Assembly (NCBI GenBank): GCA_040004115.1 | Contig: JBDUBO010000011.1 | Span: forward strand, 77-64,076 | Source of the DNA: Gammaproteobacteria bacterium | GTDB lineage: Bacteria > Pseudomonadota > Gammaproteobacteria > Steroidobacterales > Steroidobacteraceae | Length of the DNA: 64,000 bases | Direction of reading: 5' to 3' | Part shown: positions 8,151 through 16,818 of the stretch, in pieces | How the letters are laid out: the number at the start of each line of letters is the position of its first letter | How positions within the stretch are numbered: the stretch's first letter is position 1 | Notes under the pieces: model-generated | What the model was told of the DNA's origin: nothing | What the model saw: the letters and a program-made list of their open reading frames with translations, nothing else | The model's database searches: none | Position numbers and translations under genes: made by a program

Positions 8151-9668
8151 ATGCAAGAAAACTACGTAGATCGCATCCTCAAAGCCAAGGTGTACGACGT
8201 CGCCGTCGAGACCTCACTCGATGCCGCACCGCGGCTATCGCGCCGACTGGACAATCGCATTCTCTTCAAACGAGAAGACCTCCAGCCGGTGTTTTCGTTC
8301 AAAATTCGCGGCGCCTACAACAAGATTGCGCAGCTATCGCAGATCAGCTCGCAGCGCGGCGTCATATGCGCCTCGGCCGGCAACCACGCCCAAGGGGTGG
8401 CGTTGGCAGCGCGCACGCGCGGCATTCCGGCCGTCATCGTCATGCCCTTGACCACGCCCGACATCAAGGTGCAGGCAGTCGCCGATTTCGGCGGCGAAAT
8501 CGTTCTCGAGGGTGATGACTACGATCAGGCGTACGAGCACGCCTTGGAACTCGGCCGCGAGCGCGGCCTGGTGTTCGTGCATCCCTTCGACGATCCCGAC
8601 GTGATTGCCGGGCAGGGCACCGTAGCCATGGAGATCCTGCGCCAACACCACGGCGATGAGATCGACGCGATTTTCGTTCCGGTCGGCGGCGGCGGACTAA
8701 TAGCCGGAATATCGGCCTACGCGAAAGCACTATATCCGCGCATCAAGATCATCGGGGTTGAGCCGGAGGATGCAGCGGGAATGTACGAGTCGCTGCGTGC
8801 CGGTAAGCGCGTGACTCTGGAGCGCGTCGGCATGTTCGCCGACGGCGTCGCTGTGCGGCGCGCGGGCGAGGAAACCTTTCGCCTCGCACGCCAGTTTGTG
8901 GACGAGATCATCCTGGTGACCACCGACCAGATCTGCGCCGCCATCCAGGATATTTTCCAGGATACGCGCTCAATTGCGGAACCGGCCGGAGCCCTGGCCG
9001 TGGCCGGCATCAAGAAATACGTGGCACGCGAGAACTGCAAGGCACGCACGCTGATCGCGATCAACAGCGGCGCCAACATGAACTTCGACCGATTGCGCTA
9101 TGTCGCCGAGCGCGCGGACTTGGGCGCACAGCGCGAGGCACTGTTCGCCGTGGAGATTCCGGAGGCGCCGGGTTCGTTTCTTCGATTCTGCGAATTGCTG
9201 GGCCGGCGCAGCGTCACTGAGTTCAATTACCGGTACGCCGATCTGCAGGCGGCGCAAATATTCGTCGGCCTCGCCCTCACACAGGGCAGACCCGAACGGG
9301 ACGACCTGATGCGCAGCATCTCGGCGGCGGGATTTGCCGTGCGCGACATGACCGACAATGAAATGGCCAAGCTGCACGTGCGCTACATGGTGGGCGGGCA
9401 GGCAGGCTTGAGCGACGAGCGCCTGTATCGCTTCGAGTTTCCAGAGCGCCCGGGCGCACTGCTCAAGTTCCTACAGGCCATCGGCACCGGTTGGAACATC
9501 AGCCTGTTTCATTACCGCAATCACGGCTCGGATTACGGGCGGGTGCTCGCCGGCATCCAGGTGCCCGTCGAAACACGCACCGATTTTCTGTTGCATTTAA
9601 ACGAGCTGCACTACGCCTACATAGAAGAGACCGACAACCCGGCGTACAAGGTTTTTTTGGGAGGGTGA
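8151..9668 (+). CDS. ilvA: biosynthetic threonine dehydratase (threonine ammonia-lyase)
   Basis: 505 aa with PLP-lysine motif FSFKIRGAYN and two C-terminal ACT-like regulatory repeats, typical of IlvA. Confidence 0.95.
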   Translation: MQENYVDRILKAKVYDVAVETSLDAAPRLSRRLDNRILFKREDLQPVFSFKIRGAYNKIAQLSQISSQRGVICASAGNHAQGVALAARTRGIPAVIVMPLTTPDIKVQAVADFGGEIVLEGDDYDQAYEHALELGRERGLVFVHPFDDPDVIAGQGTVAMEILRQHHGDEIDAIFVPVGGGGLIAGISAYAKALYPRIKIIGVEPEDAAGMYESLRAGKRVTLERVGMFADGVAVRRAGEETFRLARQFVDEIILVTTDQICAAIQDIFQDTRSIAEPAGALAVAGIKKYVARENCKARTLIAINSGANMNFDRLRYVAERADLGAQREALFAVEIPEAPGSFLRFCELLGRRSVTEFNYRYADLQAAQIFVGLALTQGRPERDDLMRSISAAGFAVRDMTDNEMAKLHVRYMVGGQAGLSDERLYRFEFPERPGALLKFLQAIGTGWNISLFHYRNHGSDYGRVLAGIQVPVETRTDFLLHLNELHYAYIEETDNPAYKVFLGG

Positions 9669-9692
9669 GGGCGAAGGGTTGCGTGGCGCAGG

Positions 9693-12143
9693 CTAGTGCG
9701 CAGTGCTCGCGGCTCGCAAGGGCTCGGGGCGCACTGCCCTGAGCCACGCTTGAGCGCGGCGCACGACGGGATCGTCGGGGCCGCGCGCCTGCAACAACAC
9801 CGGCAATGCCGCGTCGAGTTCCTCCGCTGCCTCGCGCTTTTTACCAAGATGCGAGAGGGCATAGGCGTGAATGGCGTGGGCCTGGGCGGTCGATGGGCTC
9901 GCAGCGGGCGAAGTCGCTGTCCAGATGGTTATGGATTGAGCGCTCAATGCCAGAGCTTCGTCGGGTTTGCCGCGATCCACCAATAGTCGCGCAAAGTGCA
10001 TGAGTGCCGCCGCGCGATATTGGTGATTCGCGGGTAAGGACTTGTCGTAAATAGCCAGCGCCTGGCGGAATTCGCTCTCAGCCGCCGGCAAGTTTTCTTG
10101 ATCATGCAGAAGCATCGCCAGGCTCACACGGGAGTATCCGACCTTGTAATGGTCCGGACCATACATCGAGAGCGCCATTGACACGCTATTGCGTAAGAAT
10201 GGTTCCGCTTCGGACAGACGTCCTGTGCGCTGGAGAAACAGCCCGTAATTTCCCTTAACTGCCGCGGTTTCCGGGTGTCGTTCACCATACGCCCGCTCGT
10301 GAAGCCGGATTGAATCTTGAAAGAGATTTTCGGCCTGCTTTAGATCACCCATGTTTTGCGCAACGATGGCTAGATTGTCGAGGCTCATAGCTACCCGCGG
10401 ATGCTCGTCACCCAACACATGACGGTAGATGTTCAGCGCCCGTTCATACGTCTGTTTGGCAAGGCTCCAGCGTTGCTCGCGCGCGTATACTTTCGCCAGG
10501 TCATCTAGGACAGCAGCAACGTCGGTTTGCGGGGCCGAGCGCGCCTCCAGAATGCCGAGACTGCTGATGTAAAGTTCCTTGGCCGCGACAAACTTTCCTT
10601 GTTGATGTCGCAACATTCCAAGAACCCAAAGCGTGTGGCCGGCTTCCAGGCTACGTGCACCAAATTCGTTTTGTGAAATGTGCAGCGCTTCCTGCAGGGG
10701 TATCTCCGCTCCTGGTAGGTCGCCGACGCCGATGCGCGCCTGACCGAGTTCCAACAATGTCGCGATGCGCGATTTACCATGGGCCTGTGGCTGAAGCTGC
10801 AAGGATTCGCTCAATATCGGCAGCGCTTCCTGATACTGTCCGAGACTGTCGTAGACAGCCCCGACCGTAGAAAGGAGTGCCGCCTTGGTTTCCGGCTGAT
10901 CCTTGAGCCCCGCCTGCAATCGTTTCGCGCCGGAATCCAATAATTCACGCGCCGTAACTTGGCTGCCCCGATTCTCTTCAGGATCCGATAATTTGAATAG
11001 ATTCACGAGGAAGCTCGATACCTCTTCGGCTCGAGCGCGTTCGCGCTCGGCGCGTTCTCGCTGCTCGGCGACGCGATCGCGCTCCGCGGCAATGCGCACT
11101 GATTGCACGTACGTCGTTGTTGCAAAGGCGAGCACCAAGAATACAACGCTGGTGCCGGCTGCAACCGGCAGCCAATGACGTTTGAAGAACTTTGCCGTGC
11201 GATAGGTCATCGTATCGCGGTGCGCGATGACGGGCTTTCCCTCCAGATACCGCTGAATGTCGCTTGCCATTTGCTGCGCAGACGCGTAGCGGCGTTCTGG
11301 TTCCTTGCGCATTGCCATGAGCACAATATTGTCCAAATCACCCTGCAGCACTCGCCGCAGGCGCCTGGCGTTCGTACTGCGAGCATCGGCAATGCTGGTC
11401 GCTTCCGCCGAATCATCGGTGCTGACCAGACCGCTGGGCGGTGCCGGATCCTTCTCGCAAATGGCGCGCTCGATTTCGGTAAGCCGCATCGATGCGATAA
11501 AGAACGGCCCCGTTCCCGCCAGCAATTTGTACAGCAGTACACCCAACACATAGACGTCGCTGGAGGTAGTGATTGCCTCGCCTCTGACCTGCTCCGGACT
11601 GGCATGATCTGGCGTCATGACGCGAATATCGGCGTGGGTAACGGCCACCGTGTGATGCCCGACTTGGCGCTCGTCCAATAATTTGGCGATGCCGAAATCC
11701 AGCAATTTCGGAACGCCGTCGGCCGTAACTAGTATGTTCGAAGGCTTGAGATCGCGATGAACAATGAGGTTTTGATGGGCGTAATGCACCGCCGCACAGA
11801 CCGTCTGAAATAGCCGCAGCCGAGCGTCTACGTCGAGTCGATTCGAGTCACAGTAGGCGTCAATGGGTATGCCATCGACGTACTCCATGACGATATAGGC
11901 GTTTCCGTCCGCCAAAGAACCGCCGTCCAACAGATGTGCAATATTAGGGTGTTCAAGTTGCGCCAGGATTTGGCGCTCGATTTTCAGTCTCGACTGAACT
12001 CCGCGCGCGTCGCCGAACACTACCTTTATGGCTACCTTCTGCTCGAACTGGGCGTCCGCGCGTTCGGCGAGGTAAACCTCCCCCATGCCGCCGACACCCA
12101 AGGTGTGGAGCACGCGATATGGGCCTATACGGTCTCCTTCCAT
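9693..12143 (-). CDS. serine/threonine protein kinase with a transmembrane segment and C-terminal TPR repeats
   Basis: Gly-rich loop LGVGGMGEVY, VAIK, catalytic loop HRDLKPSNIL and DFG. The TM segment is WLPVAAGTSVVFLVLAFATTTYV. Multiple TPR-like repeats fill the C-terminal half. Confidence 0.9.
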   Translation of the reverse strand: MEGDRIGPYRVLHTLGVGGMGEVYLAERADAQFEQKVAIKVVFGDARGVQSRLKIERQILAQLEHPNIAHLLDGGSLADGNAYIVMEYVDGIPIDAYCDSNRLDVDARLRLFQTVCAAVHYAHQNLIVHRDLKPSNILVTADGVPKLLDFGIAKLLDERQVGHHTVAVTHADIRVMTPDHASPEQVRGEAITTSSDVYVLGVLLYKLLAGTGPFFIASMRLTEIERAICEKDPAPPSGLVSTDDSAEATSIADARSTNARRLRRVLQGDLDNIVLMAMRKEPERRYASAQQMASDIQRYLEGKPVIAHRDTMTYRTAKFFKRHWLPVAAGTSVVFLVLAFATTTYVQSVRIAAERDRVAEQRERAERERARAEEVSSFLVNLFKLSDPEENRGSQVTARELLDSGAKRLQAGLKDQPETKAALLSTVGAVYDSLGQYQEALPILSESLQLQPQAHGKSRIATLLELGQARIGVGDLPGAEIPLQEALHISQNEFGARSLEAGHTLWVLGMLRHQQGKFVAAKELYISSLGILEARSAPQTDVAAVLDDLAKVYAREQRWSLAKQTYERALNIYRHVLGDEHPRVAMSLDNLAIVAQNMGDLKQAENLFQDSIRLHERAYGERHPETAAVKGNYGLFLQRTGRLSEAEPFLRNSVSMALSMYGPDHYKVGYSRVSLAMLLHDQENLPAAESEFRQALAIYDKSLPANHQYRAAALMHFARLLVDRGKPDEALALSAQSITIWTATSPAASPSTAQAHAIHAYALSHLGKKREAAEELDAALPVLLQARGPDDPVVRRAQAWLRAVRPEPLRAASTAH

Positions 12144-12261
12144 GCCAGAAGGATGCGCCCGGGTGCGGGTTTACCGCAAACGCCCGCGGCCCTTGCGGTC
12201 GAGTGGCGCTTGAGTGTATGAAAGCAGGGGCGCGATCGCACAAAACAGGAGTTGGATTCAC

Positions 12262-12516
12262 ATGCCAAACGGACACGACCCAAACAAGCCGGCGCCAACC
12301 CCGGGATCAGGTGCCGGCACGGGTACTGGGACTGGGACTGGGACTGGGACTGGCACAGGAACGGGTACCGGGAAAGGAACGGGCGGAGGAAAGGTGACTC
12401 CGGATGGTGGGAATGATCAACCCCCGCAGACAAAAAAATTCCTCATGGCCGCGGGAGTGGGCGGCCTGATTGGTGGCGCCGTCGGGGCCCTGATCGGCAC
12501 TTGCTTGCACCACTGA
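12262..12516 (+). CDS. small protein with a (Gly-Thr)9 repeat and a C-terminal glycine-zipper membrane helix
   Basis: AGGAG lies upstream of ATG 12262. Sequence is MPNGHDPNKPAPTPGSGA(GT)9GKGTGGGK...FLMAAGVGGLIGGAVGALIGTCLHH. It is transcribed divergently from the kinase gene. Confidence 0.5.
   Translation: MPNGHDPNKPAPTPGSGAGTGTGTGTGTGTGTGTGTGKGTGGGKVTPDGGNDQPPQTKKFLMAAGVGGLIGGAVGALIGTCLHH
12316..12369 (+). repeat. hexanucleotide microsatellite (GGN-ACN)9, including four perfect GGGACT units (12328-12351)
   Basis: The sequence reads directly as ggcacg ggtact gggact x4 ggcaca ggaacg ggtacc. It is in frame and encodes the Gly-Thr dipeptides. Confidence 0.9.
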
Positions 12517-13419
12517 TTGGACAGTTTGACGTCCTATCCGCTGCTGCGCGAGCCGCGGCATGAGGTTCTGCGTGTACGCGGAATCGACATCCATCTGACG
12601 CGCTGGGGGCCCCCGCCTTCGGAGTCCCTACCGCCGATATTCCTGCTCCACGGCTGGCTCGACGCCGGAGCGACTTTCCAGTTCTTGGTGGATGCGCTAC
12701 AGCGTGATTGGCCCTTGGTGGCGCCGGATTGGCGTGGATTCGGGCGCAGCGAGTGGCCGCAGCAGGGTTACTGGTTTCCCGACTATCTCGGTGACCTCGA
12801 CGCATTGATTGGTGAACTCTCGCCCGCGACGCCAGTCCGACTGGTTGGACACAGCATGGGTGGCAATATCGCCTGCTCGTACGCGGGTGTCCGGCCGGAC
12901 CGAGTCCGCAGCGTGGTCAATCTCGAGGGTTTTGGCCTGGCGCGCACCTCGCCTGCGCAGGCGCCCGCGCGCCTGCGCAAATGGCTGGATCAATTGAAGG
13001 CCGATCCTTCGCGCCGGGACTATGCGTCATTCGAGGAGTTGGCCGGTATCATCCACTTCCGGTACCCGCGATTATCGGCGTCGCAAGCGGCGTTTGTGGC
13101 GGCAGCCTGGGGCCGGCTCGGTGACGGCGGTCGAGTGCGGCTCGCAGGCGACCCGCGCCACTACTGGGTGAATCCAGTCCTGTACAAGCGCGAAGACGCC
13201 GAGGCGTGCTGGCGGGAACTGCGCGCGCCCCTTCTAATGGTCGTGGGTGAGGAGTCGGATCACATGGCCAAACTCGGTGCTGATGGTACGGTCGAGGCTT
13301 TTCGCGCATTATTTCCGCACGTTGAATTTGCCCGAGTCGCAGGCGCAGGTCACATGCTGCACATCGAGAGGCCGCAACTGGTGGCACCTTTGGTCGAATC
13401 GTTCCTGGACGCTCATTAG
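12517..13419 (+). CDS. alpha/beta hydrolase (canonical Ser nucleophile)
   Basis: 300 aa with HGW oxyanion region (IFLLHGWLDAG), nucleophile elbow GHSMGG and C-terminal AGHMLHIE. TTG start directly after the upstream stop. Confidence 0.85.
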   Translation: MDSLTSYPLLREPRHEVLRVRGIDIHLTRWGPPPSESLPPIFLLHGWLDAGATFQFLVDALQRDWPLVAPDWRGFGRSEWPQQGYWFPDYLGDLDALIGELSPATPVRLVGHSMGGNIACSYAGVRPDRVRSVVNLEGFGLARTSPAQAPARLRKWLDQLKADPSRRDYASFEELAGIIHFRYPRLSASQAAFVAAAWGRLGDGGRVRLAGDPRHYWVNPVLYKREDAEACWRELRAPLLMVVGEESDHMAKLGADGTVEAFRALFPHVEFARVAGAGHMLHIERPQLVAPLVESFLDAH

Positions 13420-14199
13420 ATGCCGCGCAAGATTTATCCGACTCGTTTCGGGCAGGTACACTTGCGCAGCAAGTTCGGCAAGGGCATACCGCTGATCCTG
13501 CTGCATATGTCGCCGCGCTCCGGCGCCATGTGGGAATCGTTGCAGGAAAAACTGGAACGGCCGACGTTTGCGCCGGATCGGTTGGGTTACGGGTTCTCCG
13601 ACGCCCCACCCTGGGCCTTGTCGCTGGAGCAATATGCCCACAGCATAGTGGATACGTTGCAGGCTGCGGGGGTCACAGGCGACATCGACATTTTGGGCAT
13701 TCACACAGGTTCCATCGAAGCCGTCGAGGTTGCTCATCAGATGGGCGCGCAGGTTCGGCGGATCATCGCCGTCGGGATGCCGTTGTTTTCAGCCGAGGAG
13801 CAGAAGCGGCAGCTGGAGAAGTACAGCGAGCAGCCTTTGAGGCCGGCGATGGAGGGCGGACATGTGCTGGGCGCCTGGCGTGGGGGCTTCGCATTTCGCC
13901 AACCGCCGTACGATCTCGCGGACGTTCACAGCCGTTTCGTGGAACACGTGCTCGCGGCAAATCCTGGTGCCGCGTTTCGTGCCGCGTGCGGCTACCCCAT
14001 CGACAAAAAGCTCAAGAGCCTGAAGACGCCATTGACAGTGTTTGCTCCGCACGATGACATCATCGAGCAAACGCAGCGGGTGAAGCCTCTGCTCAAGCCC
14101 GGAGCCACTTATGTCGATTTGCCAGAGCTGAGTCAGGATCCGTTTTACGTGTCCGTCGACCGCATGGTGACGCTGGTGAATCGATACCTGCCGCCTTGA
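13420..14199 (+). CDS. alpha/beta-hydrolase-fold-like protein lacking a Ser/Asp/Cys nucleophile
   Basis: 259 aa with fold landmarks LILLHMSPRSGAMW, APDRLGYGFSD and IDILGIHTGSIEAVEVA. The nucleophile position reads His (G-I-H-T-G). Paralog of 4011-4637. Confidence 0.6.
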   Translation: MPRKIYPTRFGQVHLRSKFGKGIPLILLHMSPRSGAMWESLQEKLERPTFAPDRLGYGFSDAPPWALSLEQYAHSIVDTLQAAGVTGDIDILGIHTGSIEAVEVAHQMGAQVRRIIAVGMPLFSAEEQKRQLEKYSEQPLRPAMEGGHVLGAWRGGFAFRQPPYDLADVHSRFVEHVLAANPGAAFRAACGYPIDKKLKSLKTPLTVFAPHDDIIEQTQRVKPLLKPGATYVDLPELSQDPFYVSVDRMVTLVNRYLPP

Positions 14200-14846
14200 C
14201 AGCCCCAGCGATGGACGTCTCCAAAATTCCGCCCGCCGATCTCCCCAACCCTCTCCCGGGTAGCGCGCCCGCCGCGGATCAGCGGACTCAATCCTCGGCC
14301 ACTCTCGCGCCGCCGGCGGATCATGCCGATATCCGGCCGCTCGATATCGCCGGCGCGCTGCAAATTTTGCTTGCCGAAGTGCATGCGGAGCTGGAGTTAG
14401 TTCTCGAAGCTGCAATATCACAGAGCTCCGCGAACCTGCAAGGGCCGGGAATCGCACAAGACGCAGTGCAAGCGGCACACGCACTGCTGCAGGTGTTTCT
14501 GCGAGAGATGCCGCAAGACGCCGGCAATGCTCCCGCGTGGACTAGCACGCTGCTCCGCATGCAAGCAGCCGTTGAGTCGGGCATGGAACGAGCGTTCAGC
14601 CTCGTGTCGCAGTGGCGGGATGTGCCCGCGCCCGCAGTGGACGCGGTGAAGGATACACGGGGACTGTTCCTGTCCGCGCTGCGCGATGACCCTCCAAACC
14701 CACTGTGGCTGCGGCCGGAATGGTTGGGCCTCGCCCCCGCATTTTACCGCTTCCGCCGGCGACGCCGCATCTCGCGCCGCCGTCTGACCGACCCCGATTA
14801 TTCAACGGGAAATTTGGATGATGGGAGCGAGGAGAATCCCCGATGA
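14196..14846 (+). CDS. hypothetical protein (Ala/Leu-rich, basic C-terminal RFRRRRRISRRR patch)
   Basis: ORF with 4-nt overlaps to both neighbours, so operon-like. Alternative ATG start at 14211. No motif recognised. Confidence 0.45.
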   Translation: MTAPAMDVSKIPPADLPNPLPGSAPAADQRTQSSATLAPPADHADIRPLDIAGALQILLAEVHAELELVLEAAISQSSANLQGPGIAQDAVQAAHALLQVFLREMPQDAGNAPAWTSTLLRMQAAVESGMERAFSLVSQWRDVPAPAVDAVKDTRGLFLSALRDDPPNPLWLRPEWLGLAPAFYRFRRRRRISRRRLTDPDYSTGNLDDGSEENPR

Positions 14847-15241
14847 TGAGACGGACGCTGATCATTGCGAGACGTGCAGCGCTGGTATTCGTTTTTCTCT
14901 GGTTTTTTCTCGGTGGAATTGCGCATTTCGCGCTTACCGAAGTAGAAATGCGCGCGGTGCCCCCATTCATTCCATGGCCGCATGCGGCCGTGCTGGTCAG
15001 CGGTGTGTTTGAGCTGCTGGGCGCCGCTGGCTTGTTGCTGCCGGTCACACGCAGGGCCGCGGGCATAGGCCTGTTCGCACTCACCATCGCCGTGACGCCG
15101 GCAAACATCTACATGTGGCAGCATGCGGAGGCGTTCGGTGTTGCGCGCTGGTTATTGCTGTTGCGGCTGCCGCTTCAAGGGGTGCTGCTTGCGCTCATCG
15201 CTTGCAGTACCTGGCCCAGAATCTTCAAGGCAGGAGAATGA
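14843..15241 (+). CDS. DoxX-family membrane protein
   Basis: 132 aa with four hydrophobic helices; the sequence type FLGGIAHF...ELLGAAGLLLP...TPANIYMW is typical of DoxX-like proteins. Confidence 0.65.
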   Translation: MMRRTLIIARRAALVFVFLWFFLGGIAHFALTEVEMRAVPPFIPWPHAAVLVSGVFELLGAAGLLLPVTRRAAGIGLFALTIAVTPANIYMWQHAEAFGVARWLLLLRLPLQGVLLALIACSTWPRIFKAGE

Positions 15242-16295
15242 TTTTCCCCAGGTTCCGCTTCGCAAGAAATTCCTGCTGCGCGCGAACGATATCGGCGAGC
15301 GGATGCACGGCCGCGATCAAAGGCCGAATTTCACTTCGCTCGATGTACTCAACCAGATGACCGAACACTTCCGACTCGAGCACGGTACTGCCGAGTAGCC
15401 GCAAATCCTTGAGATACAAAGTCCGCAGATCCAATTCGACGATGGGCCCCGCGATGGCGCCGGCCACGGCGTAGGCCCCGCCCCGTCGAAGCACCTCGAG
15501 CAGACCCGGGAATTGCCGGCCGCCCACCACGTCGACAATGGCGTCGATCGATTCCTGACCAAATACCTTGGCGGGGTCGGCGTCCGCTGCAATGACTTGA
15601 GCGGCGCCCAAGGAGAGGACCCCAGCGGCCTTCGATTCGCTGGCGACGGCGAACACCGTGGCGCCTCGGCGCCGGGCCAGTTGCACGGCGGCCGATCCGA
15701 CGCCGCCGGATGCGCCCGTCACGAGTACGGTCTGGCCCGCGCGCAAGTTCAATCGAGTGAGCATATTCTCGGCAGCCGAGTATGCACACGGAAATGAAGC
15801 GAGCTGCGCATCCGACAGGCTGCAATTGACGGTGCGGGCATGCGCTGATGGGACACGCGCAAATTCCGCGAACGCGCCGTCGCACTCCGAACCGAAGTAG
15901 ATCGGCTGGGATTGCCCGCCCGCAGCCACAGTTTGGAACACCGGTTCGACCAGCACGCGTTCGCCGATGCGCCGCGAATCAATTCCTTCCCCGACGGCGA
16001 CGATGCGGCCGCAGGCATCGGCTCCTTGGATTCGCGGGAAGGCAGGCGCCGAGCCGGTCCAGCCCGCGTCCTCGGAGCGCGCCGCCGCGATTCCGGAGGC
16101 GCCTGCCTCCGCCGTAGTGCCTTCGGTCACCGATCGCGAATACCATGCGGTGCGGGTGTTGATGTCGGTATTGTTCACTCCCGCCGCAGCGACTCGGATC
16201 AGCACTTCGCCGGCGCGCAGCTCCGGGACGGGCACGTCCTCGCGGTATTCCAGCTGCTCGAAGCCGCCGTGGCCGTTGAGCAGTACGGCCTTCAA
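15225..16295 (-). CDS. zinc-binding alcohol dehydrogenase / quinone oxidoreductase family (MDR superfamily)
   Basis: N-terminus MKAVLLNGHGGFEQLEYREDVPVPELRAGEVLIRVAAAGVNNTD and NAD(P)-binding motif VTGASGGVGSAAVQLA. Confidence 0.85.
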   Translation of the reverse strand: MKAVLLNGHGGFEQLEYREDVPVPELRAGEVLIRVAAAGVNNTDINTRTAWYSRSVTEGTTAEAGASGIAAARSEDAGWTGSAPAFPRIQGADACGRIVAVGEGIDSRRIGERVLVEPVFQTVAAGGQSQPIYFGSECDGAFAEFARVPSAHARTVNCSLSDAQLASFPCAYSAAENMLTRLNLRAGQTVLVTGASGGVGSAAVQLARRRGATVFAVASESKAAGVLSLGAAQVIAADADPAKVFGQESIDAIVDVVGGRQFPGLLEVLRRGGAYAVAGAIAGPIVELDLRTLYLKDLRLLGSTVLESEVFGHLVEYIERSEIRPLIAAVHPLADIVRAQQEFLAKRNLGKIILLP

Positions 16296-16434
16296 GATTC
16301 ATCCACTACATTGACGAAGGTCGGAGCGAACACTCAAGACTCCTTGGCGGTTACCATCAAGTCGATGGATTGATGTCATTATTGCAGATCTGCACCTCCT
16401 TCCAATTCGAGTACTGTGGACACGGAGAGTTAAC

Positions 16435-16818
16435 ATGGGTCGCTCAATGCAATATGTCTGTCGAATTTTTGCAGTTACGGCAGCGACTCTCATTGCAAGC
16501 GCTGCGTTGACACCGGCCGCTACGCAAGAATCGCGGGAAGCTGGGTTCCTTGTGGAGAACCACGCAGCCATGGGCAAGATGATGGCGGCGATGGAGGTTA
16601 AGCCATCCGGCGACATTGATCGCGATTTCGCGGCAATAATGATTCCACACCATCAGGGCGCCGTCGACATGGCGCTCGCGGAATTGCGCTTTGGCCGCAA
16701 TGAACGATTGCGCCGCATCGCGCAGGAAATTGTCGTCGAGCAGCAACAGGAGATGGTTGCAATGCGCCAGGTGCTCGACCATGAGTTAGGTCAATCCGTG
16801 CATACACCTAGTCCGTGA
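16435..16818 (+). CDS. DUF305-domain periplasmic protein
   Basis: Signal peptide followed by the DUF305 signature DRDFAAIMIPHHQGAVDMA. Confidence 0.75.
   Translation: MGRSMQYVCRIFAVTAATLIASAALTPAATQESREAGFLVENHAAMGKMMAAMEVKPSGDIDRDFAAIMIPHHQGAVDMALAELRFGRNERLRRIAQEIVVEQQQEMVAMRQVLDHELGQSVHTPSP

Noticed and set aside
12316-12369. Possible CRISPR or other spaced-repeat array
   Set aside because: This is a contiguous in-frame hexanucleotide microsatellite without spacers. No CRISPR-like repeat-spacer pattern was seen anywhere in the window.
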